A DNA stretch of 64,000 nucleotides from Macrostomum lignano (Eukaryota). Below the pieces are notes generated by a model. It saw only the letters and a list, made by a program, of their open reading frames with translations. It searched no databases and was not told where the DNA came from. Position numbers and translations under genes: made by a program. This document shows, piece after piece, positions 12,613-25,350 of the stretch; positions within the stretch are counted from its first letter, which is position 1; each line of letters begins with the position of its first letter. The stretch covers positions 248,001-312,000 of the forward strand of contig NIVC01000432.1 of the NCBI GenBank assembly GCA_002269645.1. Direction: 5' to 3'.

Positions 12613-13998
12613 ACTTGAGGCTATACAAGCCTTGAGCTGGCAATCCCAAATACCCTACTTAATTCTTTCTAACCTTAAATGACTCCAGTTATTGATCGTA
12701 TTCCACGCTGTTAAATATAACGAATTCTTTAATAAATAAGGAAGTCAAAATAAAGAAGCACATTTTTGTTACTAATTGGTATAATAAACGGAACACGGGG
12801 TTTATTGTTTTGTTTTATTAAAACGCACCGGCAATACACACGCTGGAACAAAACATATCTCCAATTGCTGAACTCATCTTCTAATAATAAATTAGAAGCC
12901 ATCCCATTGATTGATTTATTGCAATATTTTATCATTTTACGAACTACTACTATTAGTAACATTATTATGGTTGCAAATAAACAGTCAATTTTCGACGTCG
13001 AATAAATATTTTACTTATCGATAGGGTGATTATATATAGTCAGCATAAAACTGCTACCGTATACACATAGACGGGACAAATTAAATAAGGTGCTTATAGA
13101 ACAACATTAACTATAAAGAGTACAATTAGACTGTGGACTACCATGCAGCACACACGCATCACTACAGATTATTAAACTATTATAAACTAGATTATTAAAC
13201 ACCAGGCTCGCATAACGAAGCTAAAATAAAAAACACACACTGGGATAACCTGTGCAATGTTGATTCTCAATTTTTTTGCTAATTTGCAAACTAAACAAGA
13301 CAGTAGAGAGATGAAAAAAACGAATTGAAAAAAAATTGCTTAGATATTGGGAGGCGGAGGAGACAGAAAAAAAGTGCATTCAAATAGGATATTATCATAT
13401 ATTAAAGCATTAGCAAAGCGGTGAGCAGAATGACAAACAACACACACAGCTATATAGCAAGCGACAATAAAATATTATCAGTTAATTTTTATTATATTTG
13501 CAAAAAATGATTCATTTCGCTTCACCAAGTGTGCTGAGACAAAGGTGCGTGAAGCCAAGCATAGAAATTCATAACAAGCGGTAACAAGAAATGATAAAAA
13601 ATGTTTTAAAATGTCGAGTCCTACAAGTATAGAAAAAGTGCTATCAGTTTTTAATAATTCGCTTGATCAGTTGTGCTATTTAATATACTACTGAATAACA
13701 GGTGAATATTAGTAGTACAGTCAGGATTAATTTCATTGACATTAATATGCTGGCGGTCAGAAAATTTGTTAAATAAAAAAGCGAGACAAGTTAAAACAGA
13801 GCGGAAAAAGTCGGACAATAAAATAAAAAATATCAGTGCTTTCTCAGTTGGATTAGCGGTCTACTGACAGTAGCTTAGAGAGACACGAATTAAATAAGCG
13901 TTAAAAAGCGACATCAATATTATTATATTATTGAGAAAGCACAACAGATTACAACAGTAAGAATAGAGTAAGGATAAGGATTTATTAAATAACTATTT

Positions 13999-14252
13999 GG
14001 GCCACTCAGGCGTATATTGGCTTGGTAAAGCAGTTTGCCTACTTTCAGTTCAGTAGCAGAGAAGCATGTGTAAGCAATTTTATGAAAACAGCTCGCTATT
14101 GGTGCGGCCATTTTGGTGCATAAAAATTGGGCGGCGTGTCGGGGGCTGAGGGGTCGCCCAATAATTGATATTAAAAGATACATTAAAATGCTTCACCATT
14201 GAACTTTTTACTAAACCGAAAGTAGTATACACGCAAATATGCCGAGTGACCC
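13999..14252 (+). mobile_element. MITE-like inverted-repeat family, copy 3
   Basis: GGGCCACTC...CTACTTTCAGTTCAGTAGCA at the left, ACTAAACCGAAAGTAG...AAATATGCCGAGTGACCC at the right, with the shared AAAAATTGGGCGG core. Confidence 0.6.
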
Positions 14253-14360
14253 AACTAAGTTATTATTACAGTTACTGTGGGCATTCATAAACATTAGAAC
14301 AAAACTGTCAGACCAGAAAAAATGTGAAACTGTCAAAGGTCAATCGATGCTGACAAGATC

Positions 14361-17300
14361 TCAATTGTTTCCAGCGTCAGTTGATGAAGCGGAGGCGGCG
14401 GCAGGGGCGGCGGCAGCAGCCGACGGTTTGGGCTCAACTTTGGGCTTCTTGAACACTGGCTCGCCGGTGGCGGCCCGCGGAGTCAGCACGCGGAGCCCGG
14501 CAGCAGCGGCGGCGCCAACAGGATCGTCGGCGAAGGCGGCCAAGTCGGCCGTGTCGCAGGCGGCCCCGGCCTCGAGGCCTAGGATGGCACGAGCGTCGGC
14601 GTCGTCGTGCGTGTCGGTGACGGCGTCGGTTTTGGGCACGTCGGACGGCGACTGCACAACAATAGTAGGATAGGTGCCGCGGTTCTGGTTCTTCAGTTCC
14701 AGATAATTGCCGTCCTTGTCGCGGTGCTTCTCGTGGAACCGGACGTGCACATTTAGGTTGGATTTCTTGTTGAACCGGCGGCCGCACAGGTGGCACATGA
14801 ACGGCTTCTCGCCTTTGTGAATGCGCACGTGCTCGTTATAATAAGTGGACTTGGTGAACCGCTTGCCGCACACTTCGCACTCGTATTTCGCCTCCTTGTG
14901 CGTCAGCATGTGCATAGCGATCTGCGTTACCACCTGTTGCGATGCGTTGAGATGATATCATAATTTATTGTCTGTAGCACAATAATAAATTGTACTTGAT
15001 TACAACTCACTGACCTGCCGCTGACCCCAGCTCGAATCACTCAGTGAACTGCCGCTAATCCCAGCTCGAACCACTCAGTGACCTGCCGCTAATCCCGCTT
15101 GAACCACTCAGTGAACTGCCGCTAATCCCAGCTCGAAACACTCAGTGACCTGCCGCTAATCCCAGCTCGATGCACTCAGTGAACTGCCGCTAATCCCAGC
15201 TCGATGCACTCAGTGAACTGCCGCTAATCCCAGCTCGAACCACTCAGTGACCTGCCGCTAATCCCAGCTCGAACCACTCAGTGACCTGCCGCTAATCCCA
15301 GCTTGAACCACTCAGTGACCTGCCGCTAATCCCTGCTTGAACCACTCAGTGAACTGCCGCTAATCCCAGCTCGAACCACTCAGTGAACTGCCGCTAATCC
15401 CAGCTCGATGCACTCAGTGAACTGCCGCTAATCCCAGCTCGAACCACTCAGTGACCTGTCGCTAATCCCAGCTCGAACCACTCAGTGACCTGCCGCTAAT
15501 CCCAGCTTGAACCACTCAGTGACCTGCCGCTAATCCCTGCTTGAACCACTCAGTGAACTGCCGCTAATCCCAGCTCGAACCACTCAGTGACCTGCCGCTA
15601 ATCCCAGCTCGATGCACTCAGTGAACTGCCGCTAATCCTAGCTTGAACAACTCCCAAGTACAACATCTCCCAGTCCCCTAGCAGACAGACCTTGCCGCAG
15701 ATCTGGCACTCGTAGCGCTCCGGCCCCAGATTGAGATGCTCAACTCTGATATGCCGCTTCATGGCCATTTTGGACTTGAAGGTGGCCTGGCAGTCAGTGC
15801 ACTGGAATATCTTGGTCCGGAAGTGCTTCTGCCTGTGCTGACTGTAGCAGCGCAGATTTGGGCACTCCTTGCCGCAGATGTCGCATTCAATCTGGCCACT
15901 GTGCATCTCTTTGATGTGCCGGCGCAGTTCGGGTTCGAGTCGGAAACGTCGCTCGCAGACTTCGCATTGGAATTTCATTTCCTGGCCTTCTAGCGAGTGC
16001 ATGCGAAAGATGTGCGCCTTGAGGGCAGACTGCTTCGGGTACTGCTGGCCGCAGTATTCGCAGTTGACTGGCTCCTCCTCGGCGCTGTGATGATTGCGCA
16101 CGTGCTGCAGCAGAGAGGTGCGCATCCGGAAGGTCTTGTCGCAGTAGTCGCACTGATGACACATGGCCATGTTGTGCTTATCCAGATGGGTGCGCCACAG
16201 CTTGCGATCGGAGAAGCGCTCCTGGCAGTGGTGACACTGGTACACTGACGGGTTGGTGTCCTTGTGCACGATCCTGGGTCGGAGGGATGGTATGCGTAAT
16301 TAGGTGTGCGAGTTTCTGATATGTTGTACAGCCAACCCAAGGATGTGGGAGGCTGGCCCAGCAACTGACACTCTGGGAGGCTGGCCCAGCAACTGACACT
16401 CTGGGAGGCTGGCCCAGCAACTGAGGATCTGAGAGACTGACCCAGCAACTGAGGATCTGGGAGGCTGGCCCAGCAACTGAGGATCTGGGAGGCTGGCCTA
16501 GCAACTGAGGATCTGAGAGACTGACCCAGCAACTGAGGATCTGGGAGGCTGGCCCAGCAACTGAGGATCTGGGAGGCTGGCCTAGCAACTGAGGATCTGA
16601 GAGACTGACCCAGCAACTGAGGATCTGGGAGGCTGGCCCAGCAACTGAGGATCTGGGAGGCTGGCCTAGCAACTGAGGATCTGAGAGACTGACCCAGCAA
16701 CTGAGGATCTGGGAGGCTGGCCCAGCAACTGAGGATCTGGGAGGCTGGCCTAGCAACTGAGGATCTGGGAGGCTGGCCCAGCAACTGAGGATCTGGGGGG
16801 GCTGGCCCAGCAACTGAGGATGAAGAAATAGAACCCCAGAAGCCGCAAAGGAATAGCACTCTAGCAACTCAAATCCAACCAACCTTGAATGATCCATCAC
16901 GCTGCGCAGGAAGCCCCAGAACGGGCAGGCGTCGCACTGGAAGATGGTCTGGATGCCGGCATTAACGTACTCGCCGCCGGGCACGTGTACATCTCTAAGA
17001 TGCTCGGACAGACGGTCGGTATTTTCGCACAGCTCGCCGCAGCAACGGCAGATATTATTAATATCAACGTTGAGTCCGTGCTTGGTGCTCAGGTGTTTCA
17101 CGTACTCCTGACCAGTGACGCGTACGTCCGTGTTGCAGAATTTGCAGCTAAACTTTTTATTGCCAGTAGCCTGGTAGGACAGCTCGTCTTTGGCCACTTG
17201 AACTTTGCTGCGCCGTTTCCTGTGCTTGTCGCCGCTCACGCCGGATTCGCCGGCCAGATCGGCCTTGACGCTGGGGGCGATGCCGTGCTCCGCCCACTGG

Positions 17301-20300
17301 TGAAAGTAGAAGTTGTGCTTCGTGCCCTGCCAATTTGTGGGTGTGAGGTGGGGGTGACGAGTAGTAATGAAGCATTGCGGTTGGTGCGGCATTATAAATC
17401 GCGTACTTATAATATGGAAAGCATAGTTAAGGTAGTTTTTTTAAATTTTTCCAATCGTCAGCTATTTTGCTACTGATTGGAGGTATTCTTTATTAGTGAG
17501 TAGAGTGAGTTACTGTGAGTTACTTATTCGATATTGTGTTACTGATGGGAGAATTATGCATAGAATGTGAAAATTCCTTTATACTGATCGTGGAATTATT
17601 GCTTACTGAGGAGAGAATTCTTTATTACTGAATGGGGAATAATTTGTTACTGATCGTGGAATTATTGGTTACTGAGGAGAGAATTCTTCATTACTGAATG
17701 GGGAATAATTTGTTACTGATAAGGGAATTTTTCGTTACTGATAGGGAAGTATTCGTTTTACTGTTAAAGGAATTATTCCACCACTAGGCTGAGAATTCTT
17801 CGTTACTGAGCCGAATAAATAACAAAGAATATTACTCACGTAAAAATCGCCGCACAGATCGCAGTTAAAAATTTTCCTAGGCCCAGGCGCAGTAACGCCT
17901 GCCTCAGAATGAGATTTATAGTGCTGCGACATGCCCTCCATAGTGTCAGCCGTAGCCTGGCAGATCGCGCACTGCATGTGCATGCTAATAAAATGCCGTT
18001 TAAGCCGATCTCGCGACGACAAAGAATAGCCGCACATGCCGCACACAACAACATAGGGATTGTTGCGCTGGCCAGCAAGGCCCCGATTCAGCGGCGTCCG
18101 AGTCTGGAACGAGGCTCCGTCGCACGAACTATTGTGCAAATCGAACGCCTGCGAGCTGGGAAAGTAATCCTTACAGCTGGTGCACTGCCTCGGATCGATG
18201 GCCTGACGAAGTCGTTCAATGTCGTCCTCTTCAAAGTCCGAATCTTCGTCTGGCAGCTTCTGGCCGGCGTGCGCCTCGTCCATGTGGGCTTTGTAGGATT
18301 TGCGATCGTGGAATACAAAATCGGGATGCTCGCTGCAAGAGAATTTATTGCAGCCGAGGTGCCGCATCTCGTGATCGAATAGCGAGCTAAGAGCTTTCAA
18401 TTCTTTAGCGCAGATGCTGCAGACGCCCCATTGTTCCATCTGGGCTGCGGCGGAAGCCGGGGCGTCGGCACCGGTAGCTGAAGCAGCCGCGGCTGCTGCG
18501 GCAGCGGCTCCTGCTGCGGCCGATTGGCCAGTTGATGAAGAAGGAACTTCCACAACTTCCGGTGTGCTAGCCTGGGCCATGCGGAACACCTGATCGTAGA
18601 GGCTAACCTCAACTGGAGAAGCCAGGCTACGCTGTAGAAAGTCGTCTACAAATCTGTCTAGAGCGCGCTGCCACTCGTGGGAAGCGTACCGATCGTATAG
18701 CGCGGCTGGGCTGGACTGTCCGGCTATGGCCGGGTCGCCTTCCATCTCGATGGTCACCTGAAGTGAAAGGAAAAAAATAAAGTATCATTTTATACTACTC
18801 GTAATTCTATTTGAGTAGAAAGTAAAGAAACTATTTGCTACTTTGGAAGATAAAATAACAAAATTAGGTGACCCTGGCGCTATAATCTTGATCTTGGCGC
18901 TGTAATCTTGACTTTGGCGCTGTTATCTTGATCTTGGCGCTGTAATCTTGACTTTGGCGCTATAATCTTGATGTTGGCGCTATAATCTTGACTTTGGCAC
19001 TATAATCTTGAGTTTGGCGCTATAATCTTGACTTTGGCGCTATAATCTTGACTTTGGCGCTATAATTTGAGTTTGGCGCTATAATCTTGATCTTGGCACT
19101 ATAATCTTGATCTTGGCGCTATAATCTTGAATTTGTGCTGTAATCTTGACTTTGGCGCTATAATATTGACTTTGGCGCTATAATCTTGATCTTGGCGCTA
19201 TAATCTTGATCTTGGCACTATAATTTTAACTTTGGCACTATAATCTTGACCTTGGCGCTATAATCTTGACTTTGGCGCTATAATCTTGACTTTGGCACTA
19301 TAATCTTGACCTTGGCGCTATAATCTTGACTTTGGCGCTATAATCTTGACTTTGGCACTATAATCTTGATCTTGGCACTGTAATCTTGACTTTGGCACCA
19401 TAATCTTGAGTTTGGCGCTATAATCTTGATCTTGGCGCTGTAATGTTGACTTTGGCACTATAATCTTGACTTTGGCACTATAATCTTGACTTTGGCACTA
19501 TAATCTTGACTTTGGCACTATAATCTTGACCTTGGCGCTATAATCTTGACTTTGGCGCTATAATCTTGACTTTAGCGCTATAATCTTGACTTTGGCACTA
19601 TAATCTTGATCTTGGCGATATAATCTTGATCTTGGCGCTATAATCTTGACCTTGGCGCTGTAATCTTGACTTTGGCACTATAATCTTGATCTTGGCGCTA
19701 TAATCTTGACTTAAAGCGCCAAAATTACAATAAAATATTATCGCAAGACTTTTGCCTCCATTACTGGAAAAATTCTCTACAATATCTGGACAGTGGTGCC
19801 ACTTAAATAGCATCCCCAATCAGTTATAAGTTACGAATCTATTAAACTACACTGTCTCACCTGTTTACCCTCGGCCTCCCAATAACTGCCCATGGTAGGC
19901 TGGACCATGCCGGGCGACCAGCTGCGCAAGAAATAGCGCAGAGGCAGGATAGACACAGCCTTGGATACGACTAGATTATCGATGCGCAGGGCGTACAATA
20001 GGCCATTGAGGCAGACTAGGCTCAACGGAGCCGACGCGTCAATCTCGGGCACGCGCAGTGTAGCATTGGCCGTCATGACAACGCCAAGCGGAGTCTTTTT
20101 AAACGAATCCAACAGTACGAATTTGGACTGCACCGAGGCGGGAGCAGAGGCTACACTTTTAGATAGCAGTTTCTTGTACGATTTGAATACGGCGTCCGGC
20201 ACAACTAGTAGGCTCTTTTCGGACAGCAGATCCTCCGGATAGGCGGTCACCATGCCCTCCAGGCTGATTGGCACCTCCTTGGAGAATCCGAATCGCTGGT

Positions 20301-21822
20301 ACATGAACCGGTGCTCGTCGATAATGCAGAATATTTGGCCGTCCGGCTTTCGCCCAGTGAACAGTAGCAGTACGTCGCGTTTACCATTGGGCTTGAGTAC
20401 GACAGCGTCTAGCAGGCGGAGTGGCGAGCCGCCGTCGCTGCTCGGAGCCGAGCCGAACGCCGACTCGATAACGTCGGCCTGCTTCAGCCATTCCGCTGTA
20501 CTTTTAGCTGACGATTCGGCCTCTGGCCAGCTGGCTGAAGACAGCGGCGGCTGCGTAGACGTCATCGGTGCGGCCGACGGCTGCTCGTCAACGTCGACGG
20601 AGGCTTCAAAGATTGGCTTCTTGAGCTTGTAGGGCACCGCGGCGGACTCGTCCGGCCGGACTAGAGCTATGGCCACGAGCTGGTTGTCCTCGGTGAGGGC
20701 AACTAACAGCCGGCATTCTTCCGCGTCGCCGCTCTGTATGGCGCTGAATAGGCGTTGAAAAAATGCGTCGCTAACAACTATAGTTGAGATGCCGCCAGAT
20801 TTGTAACCGAGATCGAATCGAGCAGACAGCAGATTAACGTCCGACTCGAGGCTGTAGCCGCAGTCAACTCGGAGCTGTTGATCGCCAGAATGCCGGCCAA
20901 TCTGGGGCAGATACTCGGCGCTGAGCAGCGGCTGTTGAACAATCGGCACAATGTACACCGCCCGATTAACTAAACCGTCCAGGTCGCGAGCCATCAAGTT
21001 GCGCAATATTTCAATAATCTTGTCGTGATTATTAATACGCGACATCATGCTCTGCAGAGCGGCGCTTGGACCGTAGAACATAGAAGAGTGATTGTTGCTA
21101 GGCTTGCACACTTCGGTGTACAGAGCATCCAGCTCATCGTTGCGCACTGAACTCCTTAGAAAACTGGTGTACACGTCCAAGTCGGCTCGACTTTTTAGCG
21201 CCGTAGCGATGCTGCTGTAAATATTGGAGCCCCAACTGGACTTGGCGGTTGTTGAAGACATCGCAGCCGCGGGCGTTGCAGCCGCGTCGCCGGCTCCGCC
21301 AGTAGCGGCGCGACGACCCGAGGCAGCTCCGCCGCCGGGGGGACGGCCGCGTCGCTTCTGACCGGAGGCCGGCGTCCGTCGCTGATCCTCGGAGATGATG
21401 CTCTGAGCATCGAAATCGTAGATGTCTCGCTTAGCTCCGCCAACCACGGCATCGTCGTCTTCGTCCTCTTCGAACAAGTCGGCCCTGGCGCCGGAGCCGT
21501 TGGCGGCGGCGCTGCGCCGCGCGCTGGCCGGTCGGCCGATCTTGCCGCCGCCGCGCCTGCCGGGAGTCCGCCTGGCCGACGAAGCGCCGCCGCGTCCGGG
21601 ATGCTTTGGCGAAGCGTCCGGCTCATAATCTGAGTCCTCTTCTGCTGACAGGGCCGCGGCCGCGGCGTTGGACCGGCCAACGCGAACAACAACCTCCTCC
21701 TCGTCGTCTTCTTCGCTGTCGACGCCTTTTGGCGTGTCCAGCGGCACGTCCTCTTTGACTTTGCGCGACAGGCGACCAGACCGGGTGCGAGTGCCCGAAA
21801 CAGGAGGCTTGCTGTCTGTCAT
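14361..21822 (-). CDS. AT-hook and multi-C2H2 zinc finger protein, 1492 aa
   Basis: Exons 21822-19861, 18757-17840, 17326-16884, 16273-15691 and 14933-14361 total 4479 nt in one frame. Three junctions rebuild split fingers (CDLCGDFY|GTKHNFYFHQWAEH, CDACPFWGFLRSVMDHSR|IVH, CQICGK|VVTQIAMHMLTH). About 18 C2H2/C2HC fingers are present, plus an AT-hook (KRRGRPP). The exon 1 join relies on a CAG|GTGAGA donor at 19861 in phase 0 with the acceptor at 18757. Confidence 0.88.
15005..15650. repeat. Intronic minisatellite, 33-34-bp unit CACTCAGTGAACTGCCGCTAATCCCAGCTCGAAC
   Basis: About 19 copies in zinc finger intron 14934-15690. Confidence 0.95.
16345..16820. repeat. Intronic minisatellite, 28-bp unit GGCTGGCCCAGCAACTGAGGATCTGGGA
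   Basis: About 17 copies in intron 16274-16883. Confidence 0.95.
17575..17780. repeat. Short intronic duplication, about 66-bp unit built of TTACTGA sub-repeats
   Basis: Two good copies plus degenerate flanks. Confidence 0.75.
18875..19710. repeat. Intronic minisatellite, 20-bp unit TTTGGCGCTATAATCTTGAC
   Basis: About 41 copies in intron 18758-19860. Confidence 0.95.
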
Positions 21823-22742
21823 TTTGTTTGTATTCTTTAATATTATATGCTTTGTTATTGAGTAGCCAGGTATTTTATGCAGATGCTAAATGCAGAGAGC
21901 ATAAATAAACGTTGACAACACTAATCTATTTTAAAAGTAAAAGTAATAATTATAGACTCCAATAAACTAGACTTACTACTACATAGTAGTAGGCCAAGAC
22001 TATGAGGATAAATAAACTAATAAATTATAAAATTTTATATGTATGCACAGCATCCTGAATTGTAACTGGCTGGTGCAACAGTTTTTCATAAAAAAAATTG
22101 TCAAAAATATGCTCGTATAACTGTATAGTAAAATAACTTGTTTATAAAAACTATATTATCAATAACAATGGATATAAGCAAGTAAGCATGGCTTTAATTT
22201 AAAGCAATATTGTTTGTGATCTAGTCCACTATACTACAAATGTTAATCTATATTCAAAACTTTGTATTATATAGTGACTACTATTCAAATAGAATTAAAA
22301 AGCTCAATACATTGCACTATCAAGCTTCTATAGACTATTTTTGCTATATTTATAACCTTAATAACCTTGAACTAAGCATTATAAATGACCATTTATTCTG
22401 TTCAATTTTTTGTTTTTACATTGATTTGCTATATAGATTTTAATAATAAAAAGATTTATATTCTTACTATTAAATGTCATATCAATTATTAAAAAGACTA
22501 GGAAATAACCATATAGAGCCTAGAAACAGCCAAAGCTAAGGCCATATAATTATGCAAAGTATATCAAAATAAAATAATATTTTATAATACTCTATTATTT
22601 TATAATATTTATAATATTTATAATAGTCTTATCTTATAATATTTTAATGTATACTAGATATACTACCAAAAAATAAACAAGTATACACCATATATATTAG
22701 TCTTAAATCTTTTATATTATCATATAATATATTTATATAAAA

Positions 22743-23340
22743 TCTCTACATATAAAAATCAAAACTCTGTCTGTCTGTCTGTGTGTGTGTGTACAATTTT
22801 GATTGCTATGGACTCCCAAACCACTCAACCAAATGACACCAAATTTTACACCCACCCTAAAATTGCTACGGAGAATGTCTTAGGCTACTTTTAAATTTCC
22901 TAAATTTGAGTCTTCCTACCTAAAAGTGCAAAAAACTGCTCAAAATGCGCGATTTTTTTACTAAATCCTTCATAGCGCCGCTCCACTTCTACCGATCCTC
23001 TTCAAATTTGACACAATCAATTTTCAACTATTTTGACACAACCGTGTAAAATTTTGAATCTGAAAGTTAATCCTGAACGGCGCTGTACACGTTTAAAGTT
23101 TGGCTGTTTTTTTCAGCGTAGCAACCACCCCAACCTCCACCCGCCTGCCTCTTTCCCGATCCCGATCTGGGCCCAGATGTGTAAAAGGGTTTCAAAATTG
23201 ACTAACTTTCAGCTGCCATAAGTTTGCTCCACGTAAAGCGATTGACTTCAAACTTGACACAATTCTTCATTGACTCATTCTCTATCTAAATGTAAAGTTT
23301 CAACTCTGTAACTCAACCGAAAAACAAACTGTAAGCATGT
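22743..23340 (+). mobile_element. Putative non-autonomous Helitron-like element
   Basis: Begins A|TC..TATAAAAAT followed by (TCTG)n/(TG)n and ACCACTCAACCAAATGACACCAAATT, with related GATTGACTTCAAACTTGACAC-type internal motifs, as in animal Helitron-N 5' ends. The 3' hairpin/CTRR end was not identified. Confidence 0.4.
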
Positions 23341-23959
23341 GAAGTTTGTCTGCTTTTTCTGTTGTTTGTGCCACTCACTCACTCATTCCCCCAGAGCCAG
23401 ACCAAGGGTCATGTGATAGGGCTGAATGTACATGGCAATGTACAGTGTTTTGGAATAGCTTTGTTTATGGCCTTCTCTGCAGCCCCGTGGAGAGGCTACG
23501 TTTAGCCATGACAGTTTAGTGAGAAATTCTAACCACTGTCCTCTGTATTGGCAAACTCTGCAGCAGTTTAACAGTGGATGGCAAATCGAGGGAATCCAGC
23601 ATTGTTTGTAAAAGCGAAAGATTTATGAAAAGGCAATGCAATGCAATACGCTCGTACAACCCTACTAAATTAGTCACACCATGGAAATTTTAGGTTTCTC
23701 TTAAAAATACTTTAAATTTTAAATGTCCTCCTAAGAAATGCGTATTTCCTTGGTTGTTAGACTGATGCAGACTGCAGTGGAGCTGAAAATACACAAATTC
23801 CTTTCAGGACTGCAAATTGGCAAGAAAGATGACATGATCAAAGCATGAGAACAGCCATGAGAGTACTACATCCCACAAACTGGCTTTCCAAGCAGGAATG
23901 GGCAGACTTTTACTTCAAAAGCCAGATAAAGAATCCAGTATCCAGCTTATGTGTGGGCC

Positions 23960-24786
23960 AGATGAGAGTGGAAAGGAGAAGGAATAGACTATTAGAAGAG
24001 AGGAGAGGCGAGAGAGGGGTATGAGAAAACATGGAATATAAGAGGAGAGACAAGTGGTGAGGAGAGCTAGCAGAGAAGAAGGGAGGAAGAAGCGAGAGGA
24101 GGGGAGAAAGGAGGGAGAGGAAAGAGTAAAGGTGAGAAGAGGGGAGAGATGAGACAGAGGATCGATGAGAGGAGAGTAGAGAAGAGTGAGAAGAGAGTAG
24201 AGATGAGAGAGCAGAAAGAAGATGACAGAGGGTCAAGAGGAGAGGAGAGATTAGAGAGGAGAGAGTAGAAAGGATAGAAAAGAGAGGAGATAAGAGGGGG
24301 AGAGAAGGGGTGAGAAGAGAAGAGATAGAGATAAGAGAGGGGTGTAAGAATATGGAGAAAGGAGAGATGAGAGAGTAAAGGGAAGAGGAGAAGAGAGGAA
24401 AAAGATGAGATTGTAGAGATGAGACAGATGAAGAAGAGATGAGAGATGAAAAAGGTGAGAGGAGAGTGCAGAGAGATGAGAGAAGATAATAGAGGAGAGA
24501 GAGAGAGTATAGAAGAGGGAAGAGAAAAGAAGAGAGGAGTAAGGAAAGAAAGGAGTCAGAAAAGGTGAAAGAGAAGAGGACAGAGAAGATAAGTGAGAGA
24601 ACGTATAAGAGAGTAAAGATGACAGATGAGAGAGCAGATGAACAGACAAGAGATGGGAGAGTACAGAGAACAGAGGAGAGATAAGAGAGAAGAGATTACA
24701 AGAGACTAGAGGAGAGAGGAGAGACAGGGAGAGAGAAGAGGAAATAGGAGAATGAAGAGAGGAGAGAATAGAGAAGAGAAGAGAGA

Positions 24787-24823
<37 letters not shown>

Positions 24824-25350
24824 CGCAGAGCCGATAGAAACGAGAAGAGATAAGAGAGAAAAGATAAAAGAAGAGAAAGGAGAGATGAAAGAGCAGACGA
24901 GAGAGAAGAGAGGTGAGGGAAGAGACGAGCGACGAAGGGAGAGAGAAGATATAAAACAAGAAAAGAGATGAGAGGAAAGATAGAGAGGAAAGAGGTGAGG
25001 GAAGAGACGAGAGAAGAGGGGAGAGAGGAGAGAGAGGAAAGAGTAGAGAGGAGAGATGAGAGAGTAGAGGAGAGAGTTAAGAGAAGAGAGAAAAGAATAG
25101 AGAGGAGAAGGAAAAGACGAGAGAAGAGGGGGAGAGAGGAGAGAGGAGAGGAGGGAGAAAACGAAAGAGTAGAGAGGAGAGAGGAGAGCAGATAGAAAAC
25201 GAAAAGTAGAAAGGAGAGAGGAGAGGAGAGGGAAAAGAATAGGGAAGAAAGATGAGGGAAGATACAAGAGAAGAGAAGAGATAGGAGAGAAGAGAGAGGA
25301 GAGACGAGGGATGAGAGAGAAGAAAGGAAAGAGAGTAAAGAGACGATAGA
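23960..25350. repeat. Polypurine (AG-rich) low-complexity tract
   Basis: Almost exclusively A/G on the + strand. Accounts for the L/S/F-rich minus-strand ORFs. Confidence 0.93.
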
